A stretch of 63,794 bases of DNA, counting the filler, from Aduncisulcus paluster (taxonomy: Eukaryota): NCBI GenBank assembly GCA_024181965.1. It is 11 parts of 11 records of this genome, joined end to end, with 100 filler letters (N's around TTAATTAATTAA, not from the genome) between each part and the next. Parts side by side here need not be neighbours in the genome. Positions count along the whole stretch, not along the records: positions 32,954 to 40,497 come from BQXS01011517.1; positions 40,598 to 42,999 come from BQXS01011518.1; positions 43,100 to 49,969 come from BQXS01011519.1; 8 more parts are not named here. One strand, given 5' to 3'. This document shows, piece by piece, positions 35,476-47,292 of the stretch. A program made the position numbers and the translations under genes. Below the pieces are notes generated by a model. That model was not told where the DNA came from. It saw nothing but the letters and a program-made list of their open reading frames with translations, and did not search any database. The number at the start of each line of letters is the position of its first letter. Position 1 is the stretch's first letter.

Positions 35476-35570
35476 CTATAAATCATCAGTGGAAAAGAAC
35501 AAAAGATGACGATAAATTAAAGAATACACAACGAAATACCCAAATTAATACATTAAAAATTCTTACATAC
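35476..35570 (-). other. Putative 95-nt intron in the RPL10 5' UTR
   Basis: On the minus strand, GTATGT at 35570 (same donor as the PHF5A intron), a U-rich body, ACTGAT and TTTATAG ending at 35476, 15 nt before the ATG. Confidence 0.5.
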
Positions 35571-35845
35571 ACGAAGGATGCCAGAAAAAGTTGATTCAGT
35601 ATGATGGTGGAATTGTCTCAAAAAACTATTTTTATACCACCAACAAAATAACACAAATAATCCATAAAATAAATATTTTTAATTACAATTTAACCTTATA
35701 TTCTATAAATATGGTGATAATATCCTCTTGAGGGAATATAGGAGACATAATGAGAAATTGTGATTTGATCATTCATTTCTTTCTTTTCTGAACCTATTTC
35801 TGTCAGCTGGTTTGAGATTCATCTTAAATTGGTTGATAGAATCCA

Positions 35846-35935
35846 AATGCTTTGAAGAAAGATGAAGATCGCTCATCGCAGGGCTTCTGAAGACATCCTG
35901 AATGAATTTATTCTTCCTTGGAAGTACTGAGCATT
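35846..35935 (+). ncRNA. Putative C/D-box snoRNA, U14-like
   Basis: Terminal stem AATGC/GCATT, C-like box TTGAAGA, CATCGCAG (U14 domain A-like), and CTTCCTTGGAAGTA immediately before the D box CTGA. Confidence 0.55.
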
Positions 35936-36236
35936 CTGTTATAATTTAAGAGATTAAGATTGTGAATTTAACCTTGCTTTATTGATTGGATGAATGGATT
36001 TTTGTTACTCTTAACTTCGAACTCCATTTGCTTTTTTCTTGTAGCTGATTCAGTTCAATATGAACAACATAACCACAAAGTGATATCGGTTCAACTGATT
36101 GTTATTTTTACAATACTATCACCATCATTAATAAAAAATGCTGTTTCCATCATATTATGGAAATCTATTTTTGGATTTTTTCTACATGTTCTGGATAATC
36201 AAGTTTCTTTGGATCTTTCATCCCTTTAAACTAAAA

Positions 36237-37358
36237 ATGGGTTTTAGAAATCAAAGATCTGATAATTCCAGACCTCCTAGAGGTGATCGTGGTTCTCGTG
36301 GCGATGGAAAAGGTTTTAGTCGTGGAAGACCCTCTGAGGGTAGAGGAGGCTTTGGCGGATCTAGAGGAGGATCTCGTGGAGGTGATGGAAGGAGTTTTGG
36401 TCGTGGAAGACCCTCTGAAGGTAGAGGAGGCTTTGGTGGATCTAGAGGAGGACCTCGTGGAGGTGATGGAAGAGGTTTTGGTCGAGGTGGTGATAGAGGT
36501 GGACGTGGAGGTGACCGTCGTGATGGAAGAGGTTTTAGCAAGGGCGGTGATAGAGGAAATTTCAGAGGTGGTCGTGGAGGAGATCGTCGCGGAGGTGCTC
36601 CCCGTGGAGGTGCTCCCCGTGGAGGTGCTCCTCGCGGTGGAATGAAAACTGGATCTCGTGTTCAGGTTGAACGTTATGGTTCTCACGAAAATGTTTTCTT
36701 AGCAAGAGGAAAGAATGATCTCTTAGTTACCAAATCATTGACACCTGGATACACCGTTTATGGTGAGAAGAAGATTCAAGTGGAAGAAAAAGATGATGTT
36801 AAGATTGAATACCGTGAATGGAATCCATATCGTTCAAAACTTGGTGCTGCCATTGTCAGTGGTGTAAAAAATATTTATATGAAACCTGGAATGAGAGTTC
36901 TCTATCTTGGAGCTGCCTCTGGTACTACTGTGTCTCATGTTTCTGATATTGTTGGACCTAATGGAAAAGTCTACGCCGTTGAGTATTCCGAAAGGTCTGG
37001 TCGTGATCTCGTCGGTGTCGCTAAAAAACGTACAAATATTTTCCCCATTATTGGAGATGCCAGACATCCTCAAAAATACCGTATGATCGTTCCTATGTGC
37101 GATGTCATTTTCAGTGATGTTGCCCAGGCCGATCAAACTCGTATTGTTGCCCTCAATGCTAAATATTTCTTGAAAAACAATGGAGGCTGTATTGTATCCA
37201 TTAAGGCCAGTTGTGTTGATTCTACCGCCCCAGCCGAAGTTGTGTTTAAAAGAGAACTGAAATACATGAAAGATTCTGGTTTTGTTGACGATGAAACTGT
37301 TGATTTGGAGCCTTACCAGATTAATCACGCTGCCTTCCTCCTAAGGTGGAGACCATAG
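36237..37358 (+). CDS. FBL: Fibrillarin (Nop1) rRNA 2'-O-methyltransferase
   Basis: RGG-rich GAR domain, then [46 protein letters not shown] and [10 protein letters not shown]. Confidence 0.97.
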   Translation: MGFRNQRSDNSRPPRGDRGSRGDGKGFSRGRPSEGRGGFGGSRGGSRGGDGRSFGRGRPSEGRGGFGGSRGGPRGGDGRGFGRGGDRGGRGGDRRDGRGFSKGGDRGNFRGGRGGDRRGGAPRGGAPRGGAPRGGMKTGSRVQVERYGSHENVFLARGKNDLLVTKSLTPGYTVYGEKKIQVEEKDDVKIEYREWNPYRSKLGAAIVSGVKNIYMKPGMRVLYLGAASGTTVSHVSDIVGPNGKVYAVEYSERSGRDLVGVAKKRTNIFPIIGDARHPQKYRMIVPMCDVIFSDVAQADQTRIVALNAKYFLKNNGGCIVSIKASCVDSTAPAEVVFKRELKYMKDSGFVDDETVDLEPYQINHAAFLLRWRP

Positions 37359-37690
37359 TTATTTAAAATTTAACAAATAAAATTAGAAATATTTTTGACT
37401 ATATTGTTAAGGATTTATTGCAAGGTTCAAGATTCTGTTTTATTACATATCAGAATCATTCTGATACATGATCTACATTTTCGATCTTTTGAAACAATGT
37501 AACTGATATATATATTTCTATGAAAGAAAAATTAAATAACATAGATGATTATGTTATTTCGCCTTGTCGTATCATTTCAATAGAATGAATGTATGCTCTT
37601 TTCACTGTTGACAACTTGTCAGCTCGAAATTATGAGTTTCATTCGTATAACAATTTGTTTTTCTTTTTGAAAAATATTGTGTGTTTTATA

Positions 37691-39640
37691 ATGACAAACG
37701 TAATAACAATTTTTCTATTGTCAATTCTCCTGTTGTCTGCTCTCGTTATTTGTGAACCCAAACAGACTGCTCCAGGGATTGCATTTTACTCCACAAAAGA
37801 TCTTATTCGGGAAGCATTTGTTGAAATAGGGGTGTATTCTTGTCAGGCTCTTTCTGGTCAAATGTTTGTTGATCCCTTCCATTTTTCTTCTGAGTCCTTT
37901 GAATTGAACATCGATAAATTACGGATTGACACAATTAGCCCTGGCGATTTTGATGCTAAAATGCCTGTCAGTCACGATAATACAATCGAGTTCACAATTA
38001 AAAATGTTTTTGCCTCATTTTCTCTTCATGCTTTTCTTACTTCCCCCTTCCTCCCAGAAAATGAGTTTGAAGGTAATGTGAATGCGACTTTTCACCAAAC
38101 AAATATTCATTTGAAGACAAATATTGTTGTTGATGAGAAAGGTCGTTTCTTGATCCCTTCTAATTCAGAATTTAACATTGACATTGGAAACATTTCAATT
38201 TCATTGATATCTTTTGATATCGAGCCTTTAACAGGCGAAACAATTGAGGTTACTGAACCTGTTTCACTTGATGATCGCTACAAACCACTATGGGTGGCTG
38301 AAATCGAAACATTCTTCTCTCGCTGGCTGAATAATCACTTTGATAACTACATCCATCATCTATATGATATTTTATACCCAAAATATCACCTTGAGAATGT
38401 GAATAGTGAAACTGGAAGGAACTATTTCATTGATTTAAGTGCTGTTTCTATACATACAAATCCCCATTCCTTGGGCGAGGGATACGTTGGTTTCATCCAA
38501 GAATCATCAATTCCTAATTTCTATAAACACATTGAAACATATTTGCCACATCATATATTATTCCCAAAGGCTGAACAGGATGTTGAGGAAGATGAGGAAG
38601 ATGATGAAATTCTACCCATTCTTCAACCAAACTCCACAAATGACCTAATTATTGAGGAAATCTCACTTAGTGGCACCGGAAAAGATGGAGATATGATCAT
38701 TAGTGAAGTTTCTGTCACCGAAAATGATTTTGTTGCTATAGAACCAAAAGACTTCTCTCTATCCTCTTTTCCGTCTGGTTCTGGAAATCTTCTTCATTTT
38801 GATGAAGTGAATGGAAATGATATGCTTTCAATGATTGGAAAAGATGTGAACTTTGGTGTTGGAATAACAAGAGAATCCCTCGACTCGTTATTATACACTG
38901 GTGTATCTACCGAACTCTTTGGACACCCATTCTTCGGCGATTGGCTTCTTCCTCTCACTCATGATATCCATCTCAAGACAAACCATTCATTCTTTATTCA
39001 ATATGTTCCGTTTTTGAACGTTTTATGCGAAAACTGTGACATTATCCTTGGAACCGAACAATTTGGAGAAGTATCCGATGTTTCCATAACTGATAAAAGT
39101 TTCCAATTTACATTGGATGTATCAACCAACATGTGGCTTAGCGAGGAATCCTTTGATGATGATACGAATAACGAGAACTTCGATGATATGAAGAAGTTTG
39201 CTGTGGTCTGTGCTTCATTTACCTTTAATGGATTCTTTGACAAGAGAACTGCTCTTTCATTTAAGGTGAAGCTTCATAGTGTAAGTAATGTGAGCATTGA
39301 TTATGAGGATAATGAAGAAAGTATGTGCCTGAGTATGACCGAGTCTGAGGAAGAGTTAGAAGAGGGCAGTTGTGAACATCATTCAGAATTACATTTGGCC
39401 GAAGCTGTTGGGAAAACAATTGTGCAACAAATGATAAACAAATGGGTTTCATCATCTGACTTCAATTTCTCTGTTCTTGTTCCTAAGACTGTAAGATCTG
39501 AGGGGTGTTTCTATTCATCTCAACGAGGATACATATATTTATTCGCACGAATGGACCATTTATTCTTCTCAAACAAATTTGGGGAATGTGTCAATTCGTT
39601 CATAAACGAATATTCCTCAGATGCTGTGTTATCTGAGTGA
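37691..39640 (+). CDS. Secreted protein, probable BPI/LBP (TULIP) lipid-binding fold
   Basis: Signal peptide MTNVITIFLLSILLLSALVIC, then APGI, and alternating beta-strand segments (LNIDKLRIDTI, IEFTIKNV, IVVDEKGRF, DIGNISISL) typical of the BPI N-domain. Confidence 0.5.
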   Translation: MTNVITIFLLSILLLSALVICEPKQTAPGIAFYSTKDLIREAFVEIGVYSCQALSGQMFVDPFHFSSESFELNIDKLRIDTISPGDFDAKMPVSHDNTIEFTIKNVFASFSLHAFLTSPFLPENEFEGNVNATFHQTNIHLKTNIVVDEKGRFLIPSNSEFNIDIGNISISLISFDIEPLTGETIEVTEPVSLDDRYKPLWVAEIETFFSRWLNNHFDNYIHHLYDILYPKYHLENVNSETGRNYFIDLSAVSIHTNPHSLGEGYVGFIQESSIPNFYKHIETYLPHHILFPKAEQDVEEDEEDDEILPILQPNSTNDLIIEEISLSGTGKDGDMIISEVSVTENDFVAIEPKDFSLSSFPSGSGNLLHFDEVNGNDMLSMIGKDVNFGVGITRESLDSLLYTGVSTELFGHPFFGDWLLPLTHDIHLKTNHSFFIQYVPFLNVLCENCDIILGTEQFGEVSDVSITDKSFQFTLDVSTNMWLSEESFDDDTNNENFDDMKKFAVVCASFTFNGFFDKRTALSFKVKLHSVSNVSIDYEDNEESMCLSMTESEEELEEGSCEHHSELHLAEAVGKTIVQQMINKWVSSSDFNFSVLVPKTVRSEGCFYSSQRGYIYLFARMDHLFFSNKFGECVNSFINEYSSDAVLSE

Positions 39641-39739
39641 ATTCGAAAAGAATGTCCATCAAGGTTCAAATTGAACACCAAAACCAGAATAAAAAATCTG
39701 AATTTCAAATATATAATTTATAATAGTATTATAATATAA

Positions 39740-40497
39740 TTATATGATATAATTCAACAAAGAGAGTCGAGTTTTTCAAGAATCGTTGATATTGATTTTA
39801 TAAGACCATCCTTGTCATCTTTGGACAGGAAATCCTTGCCTTGATTTAACAGCTTACTGATTAAACTAATGGTTTTCTCTTCTTCTAATCTCTTTCTTTC
39901 TTCTTCTCTTCTCTTTCTTTCCTCTTCTTCTCTTCTCTTTCTTTCTTCTTCCTCTCTTCTCTTTCTTTCCTCTTCTTCTCTTCTCTTTCTTTCCTCTTCT
40001 TCTCTTCTCTTTCTTTCTTCTTCCTCTCTTCTCTTTCTTTCCTCTTCTTCTCTTCTCTTTCTTTCCTCTTCTTCTCTTCTCTTTCTTTCTTCTTCCTCTC
40101 TTCTCTTTCTTTCTTCCTCTCTTCTCTTTCTTTCCTCTTCTTCTCTTCTCTTTCTTTCTTCTTCTTCTCTTCTCTTTCTTTCCTCTTCCTCTCTTCTCTT
40201 TCTTTCCTCTTCCTCTCTTCTCTTTCTTTCTTCTTCTTCTCTTCTCTTTCTTTCTTCTTCTTCTCTTCTCTTTCTTTCCTCTTCTTCTCTTCTCTTTCTT
40301 TCTTCTTCTCTTCTCTTTCTTTCCTCTTCTTCTCTTCTCTTTCTTTCTTCTTCCTCTCTTCTCTTTCTTTCCTCTTCTTCTCTTCTCTTTCTTTCCTCTT
40401 CTTCTCTTCTCTTTCTTTCTTCTTCCTCTCTTCTCTTTCTTTCCTCTTCCTCTCTTCTCTTTCTTTCCTCTTCCTCTCTTCTCTTTCTTTCTTCTTC
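39740..40497 (-). CDS. C-terminal fragment of an (EEEERKRR)n charged single-alpha-helix protein
   Basis: The minus frame reads the repeats, then LEEEKTISLISKLLNQGKDF...LLLNYII-stop (TAA ending at 39740). Confidence 0.65.
39890..40497. repeat. Tandem 24-bp (occasionally 21-bp) purine/pyrimidine minisatellite
   Basis: Unit TCTTCTCTTTCTTTCCTCTTCTTC and variants, about 25 copies, running into the contig end. Confidence 0.95.
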
Positions 40498-40597
40498 NNN
40501 NNNNNNNNNNNNNNNNNNNNNNNNNNNNNNNNNNNNNNNNNTTAATTAATTAANNNNNNNNNNNNNNNNNNNNNNNNNNNNNNNNNNNNNNNNNNNN

Positions 40598-41466
40598 AGC
40601 ATCAGGGAGGAACTATCCTCAAACTCTCGGTTCTTCTGGAGAAGGAAAGATAACTGTGTCAAAAAGGCCTCTTTGGCATCCTTATATTCGAAATATGCAT
40701 CTTTTGTACTTGAAATAAGGGATGGATAACGTTTGGAATCATGATGAACTTTCTGCGTTTTTTCAATCGCTTTTCGCAGCTTAAGTAACGCTTTTTCTGT
40801 ATATTTCCGATATTTGTTCGTATTATTGGCGTAATTGTACATGTCCTTTACAAGATCTTCATACTCAGACTTGGCCTTTTCTCCAGCGACCTTCAATTCG
40901 TTTTTAACACGAGAAAGACGAGGAATCAGACCATCTCGTATTTTTTGTGCAGCACTCTTATACATTTTACCCATTTCTAGAATCCTCCTAACAAGGGCAT
41001 CAAAGACGGGGCGTTGGGGATTTCTGAAGTGGATGGAGAGGGTGTCAGTAGTCTTCTTAACCTCTCGGTCGTGCCTTTCTTTTGCAGCGGAGGGGCAATG
41101 TTCACCTAATGGATCATGTTGGGGCTTTTTGCCAGGGAATTTCTTTTTTAACTTGACCATAGCGGATACCACCATTTTTTTCCTTTTTTCATAGGGTACT
41201 AGAACGGCAGAATGCATATAGTCAATCATTTTATCGGCTATTTGGTCATATGACTCACTTGTAAGCTCTAAAATTCCATTTAATTCTTTTAGGGCTCTTT
41301 TCCCTTCACGAATACGAGAGAAAACTAGATCAGCACGATAAGAAAGTGTAGAAAACCCATTTCGAATCTGTTGAGGTTGATCCTCATCGGAATACTTTAA
41401 TACTTTGCTCTGATACTGGTTAATCCCAGAAGATTCTGGTTTAGTGGATGTTGATGGATGTGACAT
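40598..41466 (-). CDS. Coiled-coil protein, possible F-BAR/FCH domain (3'-truncated)
   Basis: All-helical basic sequence; RIREGKRALKELNGILE resembles FCH helix 1. Confidence 0.45.
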
Positions 41467-41847
41467 ATTGAATTTGATAATTCTTTCACAAACACATTAC
41501 CAAAATTTAATGTAAAAAAGAACTTTTTCTACACAATAGAACGTTTATGATTCGTAATACGAACCTCGATATCTCATCTTCGCTAGATATATTATAAAAC
41601 CAATAAATGAAATGTATTTCTGGTCTATGGGAGAAAATATTATCAAAGGATATAAAATATTCTCTTTGACACTCTTATTCCCTTCACTTCGAGAGAAATG
41701 CCTCTCTCGTGTGTCATGAAAAGAATAAAATTGAAATGAATATATTGATTCATACTTGCATTACAATAGAACGATTATTGTTTGTTAATTGAATTATGAC
41801 CAATGAGAATTCGTTAGAGATAAAATCAATCACTCTTGGACTCGAAT

Positions 41848-42999
41848 ATGGCTCTGATCGAGGAACAAAAGGCAAGAGAAAAGCTCCAAATAACTAAGGG
41901 GGAGTTATCAAAGCTTCTCATATTGCATGGATTTTATCCTAGGAATGTTAAGAATGGAAAATTATACTTTGCCAGTGACGATATTAAAAGGCTCCAAAAA
42001 TCACCAATATACACTCATTTTGCTGATCTCAAGGCATTTAATAAGAAAGTGAAGAAACGTTTCAACAGAAAAGAAGATCTTGATGCTAAGAAATTAAAGA
42101 AACAAGCTCCCCATGTTTCTTATGAATTTTTGGTTCGTGAAAGATATCCCACGCTTGATTCTGCTATCAAGGCTCTCAACGATGCCCTTCCCATATTGTC
42201 TTTGTATGCTGCTGTATCTACTGACACTGGAGCTATTGGAAGAGGAATGGTTGATCGTTGTAAGCGGGCTTGCCGTGCTTTTCATTACTATCTTACCCGG
42301 ACTCGTTCTCTTAGGGCAGTATTTATCAGTGTTAAAGGTGTTTATCTCCGTGCTTCTGTTCATGGTGTTGATATTACCTGGGTCATGCCTCATCAGTTTG
42401 CTCAACAACGTCCCGAAGATGTTAATCTTCACACAATGAAGACTTTTTTGCAGTTTTACTTGCTCTTGGTCGACTATGTTAACAAGGAGCTTGCTGCTGA
42501 ACTTGGGGTGTCTTATCCCATTGCTTTCAATCCTAGTCAGGATAGTGCTGGGATGTGGCTTGCTGCTGCTACGTATGAAGAAGAGGCCAAATCAAATCCT
42601 GCCGTTTTACCTCTTCGGTTTGCTGTTACCCCCTCTAGTTCTGCTGATGAGTCGTCCCTGCACATCCACTCTCAGCAACATGTGTTTGAGGGTCTTTCTG
42701 TCGAGATATCTACCGAGTGTGGCTACTCGTTCCTGGAGCTTTGTCTTCGTGCTGGAGGTGCTGAGGTTCACTATGGTGGGTATCATGATGGAGAATCCCT
42801 TGAAGAGAGAGGTTCTCGCATGCCTCATGAGGTCTCCAAGAAGGTTGATGGATACCCTCACCGTATCACCCATGTTATTTCTGATCGTCCAAAGGTCATT
42901 CGCAAGCGTACCGATGTGGAATACATCCAACCCCAGTGGGTGTTTGATTGTTTCAACTTTGGAACCCTTCTCCCTTGTCCTGAGTACTTTGTTGGAGAG
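41848..42999 (+). CDS. PES1: Pescadillo/Nop7 (3'-truncated)
   Basis: KAREKLQI, LILHGFYP, VRERYPT, VFISVKGVY, ITWVMPH, MKTFLQFY, and BRCT ITHVISDRP...YIQPQWVFDCFN. Confidence 0.93.
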
Positions 43000-43724
43000 N
43001 NNNNNNNNNNNNNNNNNNNNNNNNNNNNNNNNNNNNNNNNNNNTTAATTAATTAANNNNNNNNNNNNNNNNNNNNNNNNNNNNNNNNNNNNNNNNNNNNC
43101 GACTAATTTCGCCCGTTTCAATGGAGCTCTGCGCTTCCTCAGTCATTTAGAAAAAAGGTGTGCTGAAACCTAGAAACAAATAAAAATATTATGTAATTAG
43201 GTAACTAGAGCTAAAAAGCAATACAAAATCAGTATCAAAAAGGAAACTAAAATTTGTATGGTGAGCCTATCCAAAATATCTGTATTTCGTCACAAATGAT
43301 CTCGGCTTGTAATTATTGTGTAGATAAAATAGAATATATATAATTTAACGTGTTCATATTTCCAAAAATACTTTAATTACGGAGTTTTTAAAGCTTCCAT
43401 GAAATCCTGCAGCTTGCAGTTCTTGAAGAAGTATTATCCTGCCTGTGATGGATGTGAAAGCAAACAACAACAATACTATTTTCTTCGTTTCTACTGAGTT
43501 TTCTACCTTGTCATAATGTTGGTCATTTTCTTTACTATACTCATAGTATGACACGTGCCAGCAATAGTACATCAGTAGATCATATAGTTGAATCCTGTCT
43601 TCGGTGGTAAATTATCAAAAGTAGAGCCTGCGAGCTCCAATGATTCGTTTACGTTTGGTTGACTCGTTTGGTTAACTCATTCCCTCGGACACAGACTATC
43701 TTTCTATATCAGCATAACATTCGG

Positions 43725-44318
43725 TCTCAGACCAAACGAACTGAGGAAAGTGGAGGGCAATATTTTCCTACTATATTATTGGCACGATCAGCTCTAACAC
43801 GAAGACTCTTGCGAAGAGGATTGGGAGGTATTGAATCAGTCCGCCGAGATCCAGAACCCTTGCCAGATTCAGATTTTGAAAGACCATCGAAGATGATTTC
43901 CAAATGACGTGTTGTGTTTATTCGACCCATAGACTCATATATCTCTTTGTCCTTCAAATATGGGGAGCAAAACACTCCGGACAAAAGCCACAAATTCTGT
44001 CAATTTCAGCATCTACGATCTCATGGAAGATTTTGGCTGGAACGGAAGAACATAAGGCAGTGTTTGTTTCTATTTTTAGAAAGGTGGTTTAAAAACCGTT
44101 TCAATTTTTGAAATTTTTTTGAGTATTTTAGTAATTGCCTCTTCAGAATATTTATTTTTGAATATGTTCTGGAAGTTTTTTCTCGCGGAATATTCCTTAG
44201 ATACTACAACTTTCCAATTGATTCGGAACACGAAATTCAAGCTCAGTAGTATATTACAGTAAACTATACGGCACTGAATTCAGTGGATTTGACCGGATTC
44301 TCAGACCAAACGAACTGA
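43725..44318 (+). repeat. Exact 20-bp direct repeat TCTCAGACCAAACGAACTGA
   Basis: Copies at 43725-43744 and 44299-44318. Confidence 0.85.
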
Positions 44319-44547
44319 CCGACCGAATCAGCAGATTCTGGAAAAGAATATCAATGATTATTGATTCATACAAATAAAAATATAAATTCCAATTAAATTG
44401 ATGAATACTATTCATAGTAAGAAGAAATCAATAGATCAAAATTATATAAAGAAAGAAAGAAAAGAGAACAAATGAATAGATTTCTTCGCAGAGTTTTTTG
44501 ATTGTGAAATAATATAAAAAATAATAACAATATATAAATATATAAAT

Positions 44548-47100
44548 TCAATCTTCTCCTTCTTCTTCAAAACCTCCAAACAAACTAATTGCACCATTTT
44601 TATCCATTAAATCTAGCATTTTTTTAATATTGGGATCTGAACTTACTGTATCCTTATCACAAATGACAATAAGATGCTGTTTTGCACGTGAAATCGCAAC
44701 GTTCATTCTTTTCCAATTCTTCAAAAATCCAACCTGTCGCTTTTCATTAGATCTAACAAGAGATAAAATTATAACATCTTTTTCACGTCCTTGAAACCCA
44801 TCAATTGAATGTATTTCAAGGTCCTTTTCAATCAACTCTTCGTCAATCATCGAGGAAATGAGTCGTACTTGCCCCCGATAAGGTGAAATGATTCCAATCT
44901 GATTTGGACTCACATGAGCAGAAAAGGAAGAAGAGGAAGAGGAAGAAGAAGAGGATGTTGATTTTCCTTTCTTACTACTTCTCTTTCCTTTCCTTTTCCC
45001 AGATGTTTTCAAAGAAGATGTTTTCGAAGAAGAAGAGGAAGAAGAAGAAGAAGAACAAGAACTTGATGATAATATCTTTTTCACCAATTGTATACAAACA
45101 TCAGCTTCTTCTTCATTTTTCCAGCTAATACTCATCTTGGAAACATCCTCTTCTTCTCCACAACCACCACAAACATCAATAATACACATTGGATGTGACA
45201 TACAATTATAAAACGTTGAGGAAGATGAAGAGGAAGAGGAAGATGAAGAGGAAGAGGAAGAAGGAGAATCACAAACACCAGAACATATGCTTGACCATGG
45301 TTCTGACTTCCCGCATAAGAGTTTACCGCCATATACGCACTCACTGACAACAGTACAAACTGGTTCTGGCAATCGATATGTCATGTTTAAAAAAGTTGTG
45401 TATGAGCCAGGTAGAGAATCAATAGAATGTGCAAGAAGAGATTGTGAAAGCTTTATAGAACCACCAATTGCACCACTTACATGATGAGAACTTGGAGTTA
45501 TACGATCATCAGACTTTATACTATCAGACTTAATACTATCAGAGGCATAGTTATATGTTGACCAATGTTCAGATTCAGAGAGGACAGTGGGTTGTAGCTG
45601 GTGGTGATCACCAGCAATAATAATATTGCCTTTCATACATGTACAACATAACAAAGATAGTGGGACCGTCATCTGTGAGGCTTCATCCATTATTACAGCA
45701 TCAAACAACAATGGTGAATCAGAGGAACTGCTGCTGGAATATGAACCACTGGAACTACACGATTGCCTTAAGTGATATGACATGACTGTTGCTGGCGTAC
45801 ACAACACAACACGGACACCTCTAAGAACTTCATTAACGCCTTCTTCATAGACTCGCTTCCTTTCTTTCACAAGTCTCCAGGAATCTCTCATACTACCAAA
45901 TTTAGATGTGGCACCGGTTCTGGATCCATTTTTAGAACCGTGCCGACCCCCAGCACCGATACGTCCTTGAATATCTTTAATTTGCTTGTCGAGATCTGCT
46001 AATACACTGCTTACATGTGACACAGACACACCACTCGATATCGAATATCTGGTCTCACAAAAGGAATGAGTACGGGCAGCTTGACCAAGACGAATCATAG
46101 ATCGTACACCAGATTGATGCAGGGAAATGACAAGATTGTCAATGGCACAGTTAGAGGGGGCACATACAAGGATACGTCTATATTTGTGGTAACAGGCATG
46201 AGGGGATGCTGAACCATGGGGGGAGGCTGAGCCATGAGGTGACGATGAGCCATGAGGTGACGATGATACCCGTTTAAAATCTGATAGCATGATGGATATG
46301 ATTGCAGATAAGGTTTTAGTCTTACCAGAACCTGGGGGACCATGAATGAGAGAAATATCATTATAAAGCGCTTTTCTGACGGCTATTCGTTGCGATTCAT
46401 TTAGGGTGGTGTATTGGGAACGAATTGATCGAGGCAAAGAAGATCGGAATGCAGTATCAGCAGGTACAAAAGCATCAGAAATGCTAGACTTCGATGAATC
46501 AATTAATCCAAGGCATTGAGAAAGTAAATTTGATGCTGGCTGAGGATAGTCATTGATAAATATATCCAAAGCTTCCATTTGACGCCGAAAGGTGACATCT
46601 GGAGATGTTGCTACAATATGAACGACATCAGGGATAAAAACAGAGAAAGATGATCGTGGCAATTCATGTTTATGCTTATTATGTGGTTTAAAATAGGAAA
46701 ACTCAGTGGAATCGCCTCGTTTAACCCGGGATTCGACGATATCAAGAACAATTTTAATTTCATCAGAAGACGGAGTTTCTGACACAATTCCAGATACAAT
46801 AGGATGTGATCCATTGACAAGAACGACATTTGTTCCCTTTGAAAGAGTCACAACTTCCTGTTTGAATGAAAAAGAACATACAGCAAGAGATGTGGTAGGA
46901 GTAGATGATATAGACAAAATAGATGCATTTAAAATGATATCCTCATTGCTAGAAGTCAGTAGTTCTGGAGCAATCACAATTTTTTTCAGGGGGGAAGATG
47001 AGTCGTTGGCAATCACGAGAGATGACGCAACTTCCACTTCCCTTTCTTTTTCTAACAAAGACTTATATCTCTGTAACAAGTTTTTTAAGGATCTATCCAT
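44548..47100 (-). CDS. IGHMBP2: Superfamily 1 (Upf1-like) helicase, IGHMBP2/Hcs1-like
   Basis: LLEKERE..., DVTFRRQMEAL, LNESQ, HGPPGSGKT, CAPSNCAIDNL, DEASQ, GDHHQLQP, ISPYRGQV, SIDGFQGRE and RMNVAISRAK. Confidence 0.85.
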   Translation of the reverse strand: MDRSLKNLLQRYKSLLEKEREVEVASSLVIANDSSSPLKKIVIAPELLTSSNEDIILNASILSISSTPTTSLAVCSFSFKQEVVTLSKGTNVVLVNGSHPIVSGIVSETPSSDEIKIVLDIVESRVKRGDSTEFSYFKPHNKHKHELPRSSFSVFIPDVVHIVATSPDVTFRRQMEALDIFINDYPQPASNLLSQCLGLIDSSKSSISDAFVPADTAFRSSLPRSIRSQYTTLNESQRIAVRKALYNDISLIHGPPGSGKTKTLSAIISIMLSDFKRVSSSPHGSSSPHGSASPHGSASPHACYHKYRRILVCAPSNCAIDNLVISLHQSGVRSMIRLGQAARTHSFCETRYSISSGVSVSHVSSVLADLDKQIKDIQGRIGAGGRHGSKNGSRTGATSKFGSMRDSWRLVKERKRVYEEGVNEVLRGVRVVLCTPATVMSYHLRQSCSSSGSYSSSSSSDSPLLFDAVIMDEASQMTVPLSLLCCTCMKGNIIIAGDHHQLQPTVLSESEHWSTYNYASDSIKSDSIKSDDRITPSSHHVSGAIGGSIKLSQSLLAHSIDSLPGSYTTFLNMTYRLPEPVCTVVSECVYGGKLLCGKSEPWSSICSGVCDSPSSSSSSSSSSSSSSSTFYNCMSHPMCIIDVCGGCGEEEDVSKMSISWKNEEEADVCIQLVKKILSSSSCSSSSSSSSSSKTSSLKTSGKRKGKRSSKKGKSTSSSSSSSSSSFSAHVSPNQIGIISPYRGQVRLISSMIDEELIEKDLEIHSIDGFQGREKDVIILSLVRSNEKRQVGFLKNWKRMNVAISRAKQHLIVICDKDTVSSDPNIKKMLDLMDKNGAISLFGGFEEEGED

Positions 47101-47292
47101 TTGCAATATTTGAAATTGTCGAGAAAATGGCAAACAAAAAATGCAGGTTGTACGAGTTGTAATAAAAACTGATATTAAACTCAATATTGAAACATAACTG
47201 CTTGATTATGTAAATATAATAATTAATTTTATTATGTATCCATAAATGAAACTATAGATTATATAGATATAAGAAATTGCGATTTTTCAATC

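Noticed and set aside
36138-36236. Hydrophobic N-terminal extension on fibrillarin (also the upstream extensions on gamma-tubulin and the helicase)
   Set aside because: AT-rich upstream read-through from the ORF caller; more plausible starts lie at the downstream ATGs.
39869-40549. Plus-strand (LLFLSSSS)n ORF or CRISPR-like array
   Set aside because: It is the antisense of an EEEERKRR coding repeat, with no unique spacers and no cas genes.
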